Part shown: positions 1-11,157 of the stretch, piece by piece
Position numbering within the stretch: the stretch's first letter is position 1
Layout of the letters: each line of letters begins with the position of its first letter
Source of the DNA: Mongoliibacter sp.
Lineage (GTDB): Bacteria > Bacteroidota > Bacteroidia > Cytophagales > Cyclobacteriaceae
NCBI RefSeq assembly: GCF_007692705.1
Contig: NZ_REBN01000124.1
Span: forward strand, 37,712-101,711
Direction: 5' to 3'
DNA: 64,000 bases
Notes under the pieces: model-generated
Databases searched by the model: none
What the model saw: the letters and a program-made list of their open reading frames with translations, nothing else
Told to the model about the DNA's origin: nothing
Made by a program: the position numbers and the translations under genes

Positions 1-1230
1 ATGAAAATTAGCACCCTAGTGATGCTATTATTTCTGAGTTTAGGGACACAAGTCTTTGCGGCTCATCCTGATGTTTCCGATGCTGAAGAAGCCATCGCAG
101 CAGGAAAGTCGATTTTCAATGCCAATTGTAGGACTTGCCATAGGTTAGACCAGAAGAATGTCGGACCGGCATTAAGAGGAGTTACCGATAGGCATTCTAT
201 CGATTGGACTAAAAGGTTCATCAAAAACTCTCAAGCGCTCATTGCCTCAGGTGATGCAGAAGCAGTAGCCATCTACAATGAGTACAATCAGTTGGCAATG
301 CCAGCCCATGAGTTCTTGTCTGATGATGATTTGTTGAATCTTCTCGCATACATAGAGTATGGAGATAAAGCCGATGCCAGTGCATCAGCAGCAGACGGTG
401 AAAGCGTAGAAGGAGGCGCAGCAGGAGGATCTGGTGTTCCTAGTGAATACCTTACCATAATTCTTGGAGTATTGGTCTTGGTATTGATACTGATTCTTGT
501 TGTTTTAGGATTAATCATATCTATCCTTACAAAGTATCTAAATTCGCAAAAGCTGGATGAAGACGATGAAGTCTTCATAAACCAAAAATACGATTTTGCC
601 AAAGTATTCAGATCAGATGCTTTTATCATTATAGTCACTACGATTGTAATTGCGCTGGTGGCCAAAACGGCAATAGACGAGCTTTATACTATTGGTGTAC
701 AGCAAGGCTATGCGCCTAAGCAACCTATTGCATTTTCACATGAGCTTCATGCAGGACAATATGAAATGCAGTGTCAGTATTGCCATACTGGCGTAGAGCT
801 TGGAAAATCTGCAAATATTCCATCAGCTAACATTTGTATGAACTGCCACATGCATATTCAGAATGTTGATGGTAAAGATGGAATTTCTCCAGAAATCCAA
901 AAAATCTACAATGCTGTAGACAATGATCAGCCTATAGAGTGGGTGAGAGTACATAACTTACCTGACCTCTCTTACTTCAATCACGCACAGCACGTTGCTG
1001 TAGGTGGAGTGGAGTGCCAGACTTGTCACGGTCCTATAGAAGAAATGGAAGTTGTATACCAACACAGTTCCCTGACTATGGGGTGGTGTATAGATTGTCA
1101 CAGACAAACCAACATCCGCTCAGAGAAAAATGAATACTACGATAAATTGGTACAATTACACAGCGATTCTAAACAACCACTAAAAGTGAAAGATATCGGT
1201 GGATTGGAATGTGCTAAGTGCCATTATTAA
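1..1230 (+). CDS. actA: Alternative complex III subunit A: N-terminal monoheme cytochrome c plus pentaheme cytochrome c
   Basis: Six CxxCH motifs: CRTCH at the N-terminus, then CQYCH, CMNCH, CQTCH, CIDCH and CAKCH. Two TM helices lie between the domains. First gene of an actA-F order. Confidence 0.93.
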   Translation: MKISTLVMLLFLSLGTQVFAAHPDVSDAEEAIAAGKSIFNANCRTCHRLDQKNVGPALRGVTDRHSIDWTKRFIKNSQALIASGDAEAVAIYNEYNQLAMPAHEFLSDDDLLNLLAYIEYGDKADASASAADGESVEGGAAGGSGVPSEYLTIILGVLVLVLILILVVLGLIISILTKYLNSQKLDEDDEVFINQKYDFAKVFRSDAFIIIVTTIVIALVAKTAIDELYTIGVQQGYAPKQPIAFSHELHAGQYEMQCQYCHTGVELGKSANIPSANICMNCHMHIQNVDGKDGISPEIQKIYNAVDNDQPIEWVRVHNLPDLSYFNHAQHVAVGGVECQTCHGPIEEMEVVYQHSSLTMGWCIDCHRQTNIRSEKNEYYDKLVQLHSDSKQPLKVKDIGGLECAKCHY

Positions 1231-1268
1231 TATAAATAAATTCAGAACGTACTTTTCTTGAATATACA

Positions 1269-4200
1269 ATGAAGGAAAATAAAAAGACCTATTGGAAAGG
1301 GTTAGAGGAACTCACAAACGAACCTGAGTTTGTAAAAAATGCAGATAGGGAATTTCCTGAAGGGCCATCCGCTTTGGGTGGTGAAGAAGGAGCTTCCAGA
1401 AGAGATTTCCTTAAGTTGATGGGATTCAGCCTTGCGGCCGCTTCTCTTGCTGCTTGCGAAGCGCCGGTAAGAAAAGCTATCCCTTATGTCAACAAGCCTG
1501 TTGATATTAACCCATCCATTCCAAATTATTATGCTTCTACATTTGCTTCAGGTGGAGACTATGCTTCCATCGTGGTAAAGACCAGAGAAGGAAGGCCAAT
1601 AAAAATTGATGGAAATGAACTTTCTCCTATCAATGGTAAAGGAGTGAATTCTATAGTGGAGGCCTCTGTATTGTCACTTTATGATAAGCAAAGACTTGCG
1701 GGGCCTTATATTAACGGTGAAAAATCAGATTGGTCATCACTTGACAATGAATTGAAATCTAAACTTGCTTCTGCAGGTTCAGTGAAAGTTGTTACCAACA
1801 CTATTCTTTCTCCATCAACGCAGAAGGCACTTGATACCTTCGCAGAATCTGTTGGAGCAGAAATAATCACCTATGATCCGATTTCCAATTATGGAATTTT
1901 GAAGGCTGCCGAGACTTCTTATGGAGTTGAAGGTTTGCCTACTTATAGATTTGACGATGCGAAAGTAATTGTCAGTTTTGGAGCAGACTTTTTAGGTACT
2001 TGGATTTCTCCTATTGAATTTGCGAAGCAATATGTAAAAGGAAGAAAAATTTCAAGCGAAAACAGGTCTATGTCAAGACATTTTCAGTTTGAAACCAACT
2101 TGTCTTTGACTGGCGCAAATGCGGATTACAGAACACCAATTAAACCTTCTCAGTCTGGATTGGCTGTTTTGGCACTTTATAATGCCTTAGCTAAAAAGGG
2201 TGGTGCATCTACTGTTTCAGGTGGATCTGTAGAGATCCCTCATTTGGAGCAGGCAGCAAATGAACTTTGGGCAAATAGAGGTAGCTCTATTGTAGTATCA
2301 GGATCAAATGATCCGAATGTTCAAATAGTAATCAATGCCATCAATGACCTTTTGGGTAACAATGGTAAGTCTGTTGACTTTTCCAAGCCTTCTTACTTCA
2401 GAAAAGGTGATGATGACAAAATGAATAAATTTGTCGCTGACCTAAAAGGTGGTAGAATCGGAGGAGTTGTGTTCTATAATTGTAACCCTGTTTACGATTT
2501 TGCCAAAGGTGCAGACATTGAGGAAGGAATTTCAAAAGCAAAAGTTTCAGTGGCTACCAATGGTACCATGGATGAAACAGCTTCTTTGGTTCAGTATATA
2601 GCTCCAGATCATCATTATCTGGAATCCTGGAATGATTTTAATCCTAGAAATGGAGAGTACAGCTTGGCTCAACCGACTATCTCCCCATTGTTCGATACAA
2701 GACAGGCACAGGAATCATTCCTGATCTGGTCAGGAGAGGACACCAACTATTTTGACTTTTTACAAGAAAACTGGACTTCTTCTCTAATTGGAACCCAATC
2801 TGAGGTATCAGATACTCAAGAATTCTGGGATAGGTCTTTATACAATGGAGTTTATTCTTCAGAAGTAGAAAGTGCAGAAGTAAGCGGAAGTCCAGACGTA
2901 TCATCAGCCGCATCCGCCATAGGAAGAGCATATAAAGCTGATAATACAGGTGCTGAGCTGGCCATTTATTCTAAAATTGGTATTGGTAACGGTACATTCG
3001 CCAACAACCCTTGGTTGCAGGAAATGTCCGATCCTATCTCTAAGGCCACTTGGGACAATTACCTTACTGTTTCTCAAAAATGGGCTAAAGACAATAATGT
3101 TAAGATGGTGGAGGGAGCCACTAAGAAGGCTAAAATCACTGTAGGAGACAAGTCTTTGGTTTTGCCTGTTTTGGTGCAGCCTGGACAAGCAGATGGTACC
3201 TTCGGATTGGCACTGGGCTATGGTAGAACCAAAGCTGGAAGAGTTGCCAATGGTGTAGGGGTCAATGCTTATTCACTACTTGATTCTTCAAAAGGGTTTA
3301 CTAATTACGATGTTTTTGAAGGCGTAACTGTAGAAATTACTGGTGATTCTTATAAAATAGCTCAGACACAAACGCATCAAACCTATATGGGTAGAGAGTT
3401 TGTCGTTCAAGAAGCTACTCTAGCAGATTATAAGGAAGATGCTTCTGCTGGAAGATATAAGCCGCAAGTATACAAAGAGGGCAAGTTTGTAAAGCCATCT
3501 AAAGTTTCCTTGTGGGAGGGGCATAAATATAGTCAACACCATTGGGGTTTAGCTATAGATATGAACTCTTGTATAGGTTGTGGTGCATGTACTGTAGCTT
3601 GTCAAGTTGAGAATAACGTAGCGGTTGTCGGTAAGCAGGAAGTGTTGAACAGAAGAGAAATGGCCTGGATCAGAATTGACAGGTACTACAGTTCTCCTGA
3701 AGGTTCAAGCTCAAACAGCGAACTTGAAAGAGCTGCAGACAATCCTGAGGTTACTTTCCAGCCAATGATGTGTCAGCACTGTAACAATGCTCCTTGTGAG
3801 ACTGTTTGTCCGGTTGCTGCAACTACACACTCTTCTGAAGGCCTTAACCAAATGACATATAACAGATGTATAGGTACAAGATATTGTGCCAACAACTGTC
3901 CTTATAAAGTAAGAAGATTCAACTGGTTCAAATACCACGATAACAAAGATTTCTCCGCAGTGAACGTTGCGCAGAATGATGATCTTGGTAAGATGGTATT
4001 GAATCCGGATGTGACTGTAAGAGCAAGGGGTGTCATTGAAAAATGCTCTATGTGTGTTCAAAGAATTCAACTTGGTAAACTGACTGCCAAGAAGGAGGCC
4101 AGAAAAATCAAGGATGGAGAGATCAATACTGCTTGTGCTTCGGCATGTCCAACTGATGCTATTGTATTCGGAGACATGAATGATCCAGACAGTAATGTAA

Positions 4201-4349
4201 CTAAGATGCTCAAAATTGAAGAAAACACTATTTCTGCATTGAAAGAAGTGAATGAAGAAAGAGCATATCACGTACTGGAAGAGATCAACGTTAGTCCAAA
4301 CGTTTGGTACTTTACCAAAATCAGAAATAAGGAAAAATCAGAAGCGTAA
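1269..4349 (+). CDS. actB: Alternative complex III subunit B (molybdopterin-oxidoreductase-like fold plus Fe-S domain)
   Basis: TAT motif SRRDFLK and Fe-S motifs CIGCGACTVAC, CQHCNNAPCETVCP, CIGTRYCANNCP and CSMC...CASACP. Confidence 0.95.
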   Translation: MKENKKTYWKGLEELTNEPEFVKNADREFPEGPSALGGEEGASRRDFLKLMGFSLAAASLAACEAPVRKAIPYVNKPVDINPSIPNYYASTFASGGDYASIVVKTREGRPIKIDGNELSPINGKGVNSIVEASVLSLYDKQRLAGPYINGEKSDWSSLDNELKSKLASAGSVKVVTNTILSPSTQKALDTFAESVGAEIITYDPISNYGILKAAETSYGVEGLPTYRFDDAKVIVSFGADFLGTWISPIEFAKQYVKGRKISSENRSMSRHFQFETNLSLTGANADYRTPIKPSQSGLAVLALYNALAKKGGASTVSGGSVEIPHLEQAANELWANRGSSIVVSGSNDPNVQIVINAINDLLGNNGKSVDFSKPSYFRKGDDDKMNKFVADLKGGRIGGVVFYNCNPVYDFAKGADIEEGISKAKVSVATNGTMDETASLVQYIAPDHHYLESWNDFNPRNGEYSLAQPTISPLFDTRQAQESFLIWSGEDTNYFDFLQENWTSSLIGTQSEVSDTQEFWDRSLYNGVYSSEVESAEVSGSPDVSSAASAIGRAYKADNTGAELAIYSKIGIGNGTFANNPWLQEMSDPISKATWDNYLTVSQKWAKDNNVKMVEGATKKAKITVGDKSLVLPVLVQPGQADGTFGLALGYGRTKAGRVANGVGVNAYSLLDSSKGFTNYDVFEGVTVEITGDSYKIAQTQTHQTYMGREFVVQEATLADYKEDASAGRYKPQVYKEGKFVKPSKVSLWEGHKYSQHHWGLAIDMNSCIGCGACTVACQVENNVAVVGKQEVLNRREMAWIRIDRYYSSPEGSSSNSELERAADNPEVTFQPMMCQHCNNAPCETVCPVAATTHSSEGLNQMTYNRCIGTRYCANNCPYKVRRFNWFKYHDNKDFSAVNVAQNDDLGKMVLNPDVTVRARGVIEKCSMCVQRIQLGKLTAKKEARKIKDGEINTACASACPTDAIVFGDMNDPDSNVTKMLKIEENTISALKEVNEERAYHVLEEINVSPNVWYFTKIRNKEKSEA

Positions 4350-4366
4350 TAATAATTTTATAAGAT

Positions 4367-5731
4367 ATGCAAGTTACTTCATCCGTACGAGAGCCGCTGA
4401 TTACAGGCGGGAAAACACTCAAAGACGTTACTCACGATATCTCAAGACAGGTCGAAGGCAAACCAAGTATGCTTTGGCTATTGGCTGTTTTGGTATCTGT
4501 AGGTGCATTGGCGCTAGGTTTTATAGCTTTAGCGGCAACACTTTGGGAAGGTATCGGAATGTGGGGCCTCAACAAGACCATTGGATGGGCTTGGGATATT
4601 ACCAACTTCGTATGGTGGGTTGGTATTGGTCACGCAGGTACATTGATTTCAGCAGTTTTGTTGCTGTTTAGACAGAAGTGGAGAATGGCAATCAATAGGG
4701 CGGCAGAAGCGATGACAATTTTCGCTGTAATCTGTGCAGCCATGTTTCCAATCATACACATGGGTAGACCATGGTTGGGTGCTTATTGGGCCCTTCCATT
4801 ACCAAACACCTTTGGGTCTCTTTGGGTAAATTTCAACTCTCCCCTTCTATGGGATGTGTTTGCGATCTCAACTTACTTCTCAGTTTCTTTAGTGTTTTGG
4901 TATATCGCTTTGATTCCAGATTTTGCCACTATTAGAGATAGGGCGACAGGGCTAAGGAAGATTATTTACAGTGCTTTGGCATTTGGATGGGATGGAGCAG
5001 CAAAAACTTGGAGCAGGTTTGAAACCGTTTCCTTGATCTTGGCCGGACTAGCCACCCCACTTGTACTTTCGGTTCACACCATTGTATCTTTTGACTTTGC
5101 AACTTCTGTAATTCCAGGTTGGCATACCACGATCTTCCCTCCATACTTTGTGGCAGGTGCGATCTTCTCAGGTTTTGCAATGGTACTGACCTTGATGATT
5201 GTGACGAGGAAAGTATTCAAACTGGAAGACTATATTACTATAGGACACATTGAATTGATGAACATCGTAATCATCATCACAGGGTCGATTGTAGGTATAG
5301 CATATATTACAGAATTTTTCATCGCTTGGTATTCAGGTGTTGCTGCTGAACAGTATGCTTTTGTCAACAGGGCATTTGGTCCATATTGGTGGGCATATTG
5401 GTCTATGATGACCTGTAATGTGATCTCTCCGCAATTATTCTGGTTCAAAAAGATCAGAACATCAATTGTCTTGACATTTATTTTATCATTGGTAGTAAAC
5501 ATAGGGATGTGGTTTGAAAGATTTGTAATTATCGTAACCTCACTTCATAGAGACTTCTTGCCTTCATCTTGGGCAATGTTCTATCCAACTTGGGCTGATG
5601 TAGGGGTTTACTTATTTACATTCGGCTTGTTCTTTACCTTGTTCTTCTTATTTGCGAAGTTTTTCCCGGTAATCAACATGTTTGAAATTAAATCTATCAT
5701 TAAATCTTCATCCACTAAACAACCTAAATAA
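4367..5731 (+). CDS. actC: Alternative complex III subunit C (NrfD/PsrC family quinol-oxidising membrane subunit)
   Basis: Polytopic membrane protein with [30 protein letters not shown] and HMGRPW; follows actB. Confidence 0.95.
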   Translation: MQVTSSVREPLITGGKTLKDVTHDISRQVEGKPSMLWLLAVLVSVGALALGFIALAATLWEGIGMWGLNKTIGWAWDITNFVWWVGIGHAGTLISAVLLLFRQKWRMAINRAAEAMTIFAVICAAMFPIIHMGRPWLGAYWALPLPNTFGSLWVNFNSPLLWDVFAISTYFSVSLVFWYIALIPDFATIRDRATGLRKIIYSALAFGWDGAAKTWSRFETVSLILAGLATPLVLSVHTIVSFDFATSVIPGWHTTIFPPYFVAGAIFSGFAMVLTLMIVTRKVFKLEDYITIGHIELMNIVIIITGSIVGIAYITEFFIAWYSGVAAEQYAFVNRAFGPYWWAYWSMMTCNVISPQLFWFKKIRTSIVLTFILSLVVNIGMWFERFVIIVTSLHRDFLPSSWAMFYPTWADVGVYLFTFGLFFTLFFLFAKFFPVINMFEIKSIIKSSSTKQPK

Positions 5732-5733
5732 GC

Positions 5734-6264
5734 ATGGAAAGAGATAAGAATTTTATCCTCGGGGTTTATGACGATGAGGATGTATTAATGGACGCCGTAA
5801 CTCAGTTAAGGAAAAGTGGTGTTAAAATTCATGAAGTTTATTCTCCTTTCCCAGTTCATGGATTGGATGAAGTATTGGGCTACAGAAGAAGTAGGCTACC
5901 TATCGCAGCATTCCTTTTCGGAATGTTAGGGACTACATTAGCATTGGTCATGCAATTCTACATGATGAAGTTTGATTGGCCTATGATTATTGGTGGTAAG
6001 GATCATGCTTCTTTACCTGCATTTATCCCTGTAACATTTGAGCTCACAGTTCTATTGGCTGCTTTTGGTATGGTAGGGGTATTTATGGTTGCGAGCAATC
6101 TGAAACCTTGGGGTCAGGCTAGGATCTTTGATCTTCGGATCACTGATGATAAACATGTGATGGCAATAGATTTGGCCACCAATGCAGGACTTGGAGAAGA
6201 AAAATTAGCTGACGTGCTTAAAATTTCCGGTGCCACAGAGGTGAATAAAAAAAGTTTTGAATAG
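5734..6264 (+). CDS. actD: Alternative complex III subunit D (DUF3341)
   Basis: YSPFPVHGLD motif, two TM helices, operon position. Confidence 0.92.
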   Translation: MERDKNFILGVYDDEDVLMDAVTQLRKSGVKIHEVYSPFPVHGLDEVLGYRRSRLPIAAFLFGMLGTTLALVMQFYMMKFDWPMIIGGKDHASLPAFIPVTFELTVLLAAFGMVGVFMVASNLKPWGQARIFDLRITDDKHVMAIDLATNAGLGEEKLADVLKISGATEVNKKSFE

Positions 6265-6277
6265 CTAAATAGAAGTC

Positions 6278-6904
6278 ATGAAAATCAAACAATATCTATA
6301 TACAATTGCAATGGCTGGATTTGCCTTTAGTGTTGCTTCATGCGGCGCTTCAGGAGATCATCCCGGCTATGAGTACGCTCCACAGATGTATAATTCTGTT
6401 GCTTATGAACCTCTATCTCAAATACAAAATGAGGAAGAAGGAAGTTGGTTGTCTAGTCGTGAAGACGGAAAAGGTGAGTTTTATAACAGTAACGTGAACA
6501 ATCCTCACGGTATGAACATGAGGGAGCCAGTTGCAAATACAGTTCCCCGAAATCGAGATGGATATTTGCCTTATAGACTTAAGACTTTTGAACTGGAAAA
6601 AGCAGCTGAACTGAAAAGTCCGATAGAAGCTACTGACGAAGTAATCGCAGAGGGAAGAGTCTTGTACACGCAGTATTGTGCAACTTGCCATGGAGCTGGA
6701 GGTGAAGGTGATGGAAAAGCAGGAGAAGTTGTAGGTGGTGTGGCAAATCTTAAAGGTGGAGCCTATATAGATCTCCCTGAAGGTCACATCTTTCATGTAA
6801 TTATGAAAGGTAAAGGCAGAATGGGTGCTCACGGTTCTCAAATTCCTCAAGAGAGGATTTGGAAAATTGTTCACTATGTTAAACAAGAAATTCAGAAACA
6901 ATAA
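6278..6904 (+). CDS. actE: Alternative complex III subunit E, monoheme cytochrome c lipoprotein
   Basis: Lipobox VASC, PGYEYAPQMY segment, CATCH heme motif, distal Met (GRMG). Confidence 0.92.
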   Translation: MKIKQYLYTIAMAGFAFSVASCGASGDHPGYEYAPQMYNSVAYEPLSQIQNEEEGSWLSSREDGKGEFYNSNVNNPHGMNMREPVANTVPRNRDGYLPYRLKTFELEKAAELKSPIEATDEVIAEGRVLYTQYCATCHGAGGEGDGKAGEVVGGVANLKGGAYIDLPEGHIFHVIMKGKGRMGAHGSQIPQERIWKIVHYVKQEIQKQ

Positions 6905-6906
6905 TC

Positions 6907-8196
6907 ATGGCTCATAGCACTACAAACTACAATTTGGATCAAAAATTTGAGTTCACAGCAGGGCTGAAGAAGTCAATCATGACGGTGTTGGGTATAGGTG
7001 CCCTTATCCTTGTTATTGGAATTGTCATGGCCATGTTTGGCGGTGGGAATGACCATGCAGAAGGTGGGGATCATGCTTATCACTGGTATCAAAGATTCTT
7101 TGCCAATCTTTGGATAAACAATGTTTATTTCACAGGAATTGCTGTTATCGGTGTATTCTTTTTTGCCATTCAATATGCTGCACAAGCCGGATGGTCTGCA
7201 GGAATTCTGAGAGTAATGCTTTCGTTCGGATATTGGTTGCCATTTGCGGCCGTATTGATGCTCGTAAGTTTCTTTATTGTAAATCATGATATCTTCCACT
7301 GGACACATAGCGATCTTTTCGATCCAAACGATTCCCATTATGATAAAATCATAGACGGTAAAGGGAGTTATTTTTATTGGCCTATGGAAAAAGGAACCTT
7401 TCCTTTATTCTTTGTCATCAGATTAGTTGTTTTCTTTGGTTTCTGGGTGTTTTTCTTCAATAAACTTAAAAACCTTGCTTATGAAGAAGATATTCATGGT
7501 GGAACAAGCTATTGGGGTAAAATAAGAAAATGGTCTGCTTTGTTCCTTGTGTTCTTTGCAGTCTCTTCATCTATTTCTGCTTGGGATTGGGTGATGTCAA
7601 TTGATACGCACTGGTTCTCTACCATGTTTGGATGGTATGTCTTCGCTTCATGGTTTGTGGCAGGACTTTCTGCTATCACTCTAGTAGTTGTTTATCTTAG
7701 GGAAAACGGCTACCTCGCAATGGTAAATGAAAACCATGTTCATGATTTGGGTAAATTTGTTTTTGCATTCTCTATTTTCTGGACTTATATCTGGTTCTCT
7801 CAGTTCTTACTGATCTATTATGCCAATATTCCAGAGGAATCTGTATACTTCGTTGAAAGATTGGAGAGTGACGTGTACAGCCCGTTCATTTTTGTAAACC
7901 TAGTGCTAAACTTCTTTCTACCCTTCCTTGTTCTTATGACAAGAGATGCGAAGAGACACGCTATCTTCTTAAAGGTAGTCTGTTCTCTTATTATCCTTGG
8001 ACACTGGTTTGACTTCTTCTTGATGGTTCAACCCGGTACTCTTGGACAAAATGGTGGATTTGGTTTAATGGAACTTGGAATGTTCTTGGTTTATGGTTCT
8101 GCAGTTGCACTTGTTGTGCTCGGAGGCCTTGCCAAAAAACCTCTAGTTGCTAAAAATCATCCTATGTTGGAAGAGAGTTATCATCATCATATTTAA
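6907..8196 (+). CDS. actF: Alternative complex III subunit F (membrane)
   Basis: About 10 TM helices with WDWVMSIDTHWFSTMFGWY and YIWFSQFLLIYYANIPEE motifs. Confidence 0.92.
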   Translation: MAHSTTNYNLDQKFEFTAGLKKSIMTVLGIGALILVIGIVMAMFGGGNDHAEGGDHAYHWYQRFFANLWINNVYFTGIAVIGVFFFAIQYAAQAGWSAGILRVMLSFGYWLPFAAVLMLVSFFIVNHDIFHWTHSDLFDPNDSHYDKIIDGKGSYFYWPMEKGTFPLFFVIRLVVFFGFWVFFFNKLKNLAYEEDIHGGTSYWGKIRKWSALFLVFFAVSSSISAWDWVMSIDTHWFSTMFGWYVFASWFVAGLSAITLVVVYLRENGYLAMVNENHVHDLGKFVFAFSIFWTYIWFSQFLLIYYANIPEESVYFVERLESDVYSPFIFVNLVLNFFLPFLVLMTRDAKRHAIFLKVVCSLIILGHWFDFFLMVQPGTLGQNGGFGLMELGMFLVYGSAVALVVLGGLAKKPLVAKNHPMLEESYHHHI

Positions 8197-8217
8197 TTAT
8201 CCGAAAAATTTAAAATT

Positions 8218-9252
8218 ATGTACGGATTTCTAATTGCTATAGGTTCTTTATTACTCTTGTCCATTATTTGGATGGTATATAGAATCCAAACACTTGTCTC
8301 AGTTGTTAAGGGAAGTGATAAAAAGATAGCATCAAGCAGTAATAAAATCAATGCTTTGATGTTTATCGTGTTTCTCGTTGGTGCTGGAGGTTTAATGTTC
8401 TGGTACTCCATCAAGGAATTTGACAACTATCAATTGCCCATAGCATCAGAGCATGGTGAAGTAACAGATCAGTTATTTTGGATTACAATGGCCGTGACTG
8501 GTTTTATATTTATTGTTACTCATATTCTTCTTTTCTGGTTCCCTTATAAGTACCAGTGGAAAGAAGGAAGAAAAGCTTCTTTTTATCCTGACAATAACAA
8601 ACTTGAAGTGATTTGGACCATTGTTCCGGCAATAGTTTTAACTGTTCTTGTTATTGGTGGTTGGAGAGCTTGGTCTGATATTACCGCACCTGCTCCTGAG
8701 AACTCACATGTTGTTGAGATTTTAGGTTATCAGTTTGCATGGGAAGTTAGATATCCTGGAATGGATAATACTCTAGGTGAGCATGATTATAGATTAACAT
8801 CTGCAAGCAATGTTTCAGGTGTTGATTTTACTGATAAAAATTCCCTAGATGATTTCATGTCTCCTGTAGTGGTTATTCCTAAAGGTGAGCCTGTGCTATT
8901 TAAAATTAGAGCACGTGATGTTTTGCATTCTGTTTTTGCTCCACATATGAGATTGAAAATGGATGCAGTACCTGGTATGCCGACAAGATTCTGGTTTACT
9001 CCTACTAAAACAACTGAAGAAATGCGTAGAGAGACTGGAAATGAAGAGTTTGTATATGAAATTGCATGTACCGAAATCTGCGGTAGAGGTCACAATGCGA
9101 TGAGAAAAGAAATTAGAGTTGTTGAGCCTGATGAATTCAGGAAGTGGGTTTCCGAACAGAAGCCTTATATAGTCAACAACCCGTCTCTGGTTGAGAACCT
9201 TCCAGCGGAATTGAAAGAATTAGCTGAAATAACAATCAGCGAACATAAGTAA
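8218..9252 (+). CDS. coxB: Cytochrome c oxidase (aa3) subunit II
   Basis: CuA ligands DVLH...CTEICGRGHNAM and QFAWEVRYP; no fused cytochrome c domain. Confidence 0.96.
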   Translation: MYGFLIAIGSLLLLSIIWMVYRIQTLVSVVKGSDKKIASSSNKINALMFIVFLVGAGGLMFWYSIKEFDNYQLPIASEHGEVTDQLFWITMAVTGFIFIVTHILLFWFPYKYQWKEGRKASFYPDNNKLEVIWTIVPAIVLTVLVIGGWRAWSDITAPAPENSHVVEILGYQFAWEVRYPGMDNTLGEHDYRLTSASNVSGVDFTDKNSLDDFMSPVVVIPKGEPVLFKIRARDVLHSVFAPHMRLKMDAVPGMPTRFWFTPTKTTEEMRRETGNEEFVYEIACTEICGRGHNAMRKEIRVVEPDEFRKWVSEQKPYIVNNPSLVENLPAELKELAEITISEHK

Positions 9253-9267
9253 TTAAATTAAACAAAT

Positions 9268-11157
9268 ATGGCAACAGCTAGTGTAGCTTCTCAGAGTGAT
9301 GCAGCACATGATCATCATGATCATGAGCACCACGACAATTTTATAACCAAATACATTTTCACTACTGATCATAAAATGATCGGTAAGCAGTTTTTGGTTA
9401 CGGGTATTTTCTGGGCAATTATCGGTGGTCTTCTTTCCTTAATATTTAGGCTTCAATTGGGTTTCCCAGATATGAGCTTAGAGTGGTTAAGACCTATCCT
9501 AGGAGGTTGGATAACCCCTGATGGAGCACTTGATCCTGAATTTTATCTTGCTTTAGTTACAATGCACGGTACAATCATGGTTTTCTTTGTGCTTACCGCA
9601 GGTTTGTCAGGAACTTTCTCGAATTTCTTGATTCCACTTCAAATTGGTGCTAGAGATATGGCTTCAGGTTTTATGAACATGTTGTCGTATTGGTTCTTCT
9701 TTGTATCTGGTGTAATCATGTTCGTGTCTCTATTTATAGAAACTGGTCCTGCTGGTGGAGGTTGGGTTGTTTATCCACCCCTATCTGCCCTAGAACAGGC
9801 TATACCAGGTTCAGGATTAGGTATGACTCTATGGTTGATATCAATGACTTTCTTTATAGCGTCTTCACTACTTGGTGGTATCAATTATATCACTACAGTA
9901 ATTAACTTGAGAACAAAAGGGATGTCCTTCTCAAGGCTTCCTTTGACCATTTGGGCTTTCTTTTTGACTGCTGTCATTGGTTTATTGTCATTCCCTGTTT
10001 TGTTTTCTGCTGCTTTGTTGTTGGTTTTTGATAGAAGTTTTGGAACCAGTTTTTACCTTTCCGATATCTACATTGGAGGTGAAGCTTTGCCAAATACAGG
10101 AGGTAGTCCAGTATTGTATCAGCACCTTTTCTGGTTCTTAGGTCACCCTGAAGTATATATTGTATTGTTGCCAGCACTAGGTATCACTTCAGAGGTAATT
10201 GCCACTAATGCGAGAAAACCAATATTTGGTTATAAAGCAATGATCATCTCCATGCTAGGGATTACCATTCTATCATTTGTTGTTTGGGCGCACCACATGT
10301 TCGTTTCAGGTTTGAATCCTTTCTTAGGATCAATCTTTATGTTCCTTACATTGATTATTGCGATCCCATCTGCGGTTAAAGTATTTAATTACTTAACAAC
10401 ACTTTGGAGAGGAAATCTAATTTTCACACCAGGTATGTTGTTTTCTATTGGTCTTGTGTCCTTCTTTATCTCAGGTGGTTTGACAGGGATATTCCTGGGT
10501 AACTCCGCTATTGATATTCAATTGCACGATACCTATTTCGTAGTGGCTCACTTCCATTTGGTAATGGGTTCAGCATCTTTCTTCGGATTGATGGCGGGTG
10601 TTTACCATTGGTTCCCAAAAATGTTTGGTAGAATGATGGATGCGAGGCTTGGATATGTACACTTCTGGGCGACGTTCATAGGAGTTTATTTGGTATTCTT
10701 CCCAATGCACTACATTGGTATAGCAGGTTTTCCTAGAAGGTATTACTCTTGGACAGGCTTTGAATTCTCAAATATGTATACTGATTTGAACTTGTTCGTT
10801 TCTGTTGCGGCAATTCTTACCTTCGGTGCTCAGTTGATTTTCTTGTTCAATTTCTTCTATTCTATGTATAGAGGACGTGTTGCAACATTAAATCCTTGGA
10901 GATCAAATACCTTGGAGTGGACTACACCATTGCACCCACAGCATGGTAACTGGCCTGGAGAAATCCCTTCTGTATACAGATGGCCTTACGATTATTCAAA
11001 ACCAGGAGCTGCCGAGGATTATATCCCTCAAACAGTACCTTTGTCTGCCACACCTGAATCCAATCTTCCTCACGAACAGGAACTTGTTAAATTGGAGAAG
11101 GAAATTATAGCAGAGGAGGAGGCAGTTTTAGTTGCGAATGAATCCACAAATTCTTAA
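9268..11157 (+). CDS. coxA: Cytochrome c oxidase (aa3, A1-type) subunit I
   Basis: TMHG, WFLGHPEVY, WAHHM, HDTYFVVAHFH and GFPRRY motifs. Confidence 0.97.
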   Translation: MATASVASQSDAAHDHHDHEHHDNFITKYIFTTDHKMIGKQFLVTGIFWAIIGGLLSLIFRLQLGFPDMSLEWLRPILGGWITPDGALDPEFYLALVTMHGTIMVFFVLTAGLSGTFSNFLIPLQIGARDMASGFMNMLSYWFFFVSGVIMFVSLFIETGPAGGGWVVYPPLSALEQAIPGSGLGMTLWLISMTFFIASSLLGGINYITTVINLRTKGMSFSRLPLTIWAFFLTAVIGLLSFPVLFSAALLLVFDRSFGTSFYLSDIYIGGEALPNTGGSPVLYQHLFWFLGHPEVYIVLLPALGITSEVIATNARKPIFGYKAMIISMLGITILSFVVWAHHMFVSGLNPFLGSIFMFLTLIIAIPSAVKVFNYLTTLWRGNLIFTPGMLFSIGLVSFFISGGLTGIFLGNSAIDIQLHDTYFVVAHFHLVMGSASFFGLMAGVYHWFPKMFGRMMDARLGYVHFWATFIGVYLVFFPMHYIGIAGFPRRYYSWTGFEFSNMYTDLNLFVSVAAILTFGAQLIFLFNFFYSMYRGRVATLNPWRSNTLEWTTPLHPQHGNWPGEIPSVYRWPYDYSKPGAAEDYIPQTVPLSATPESNLPHEQELVKLEKEIIAEEEAVLVANESTNS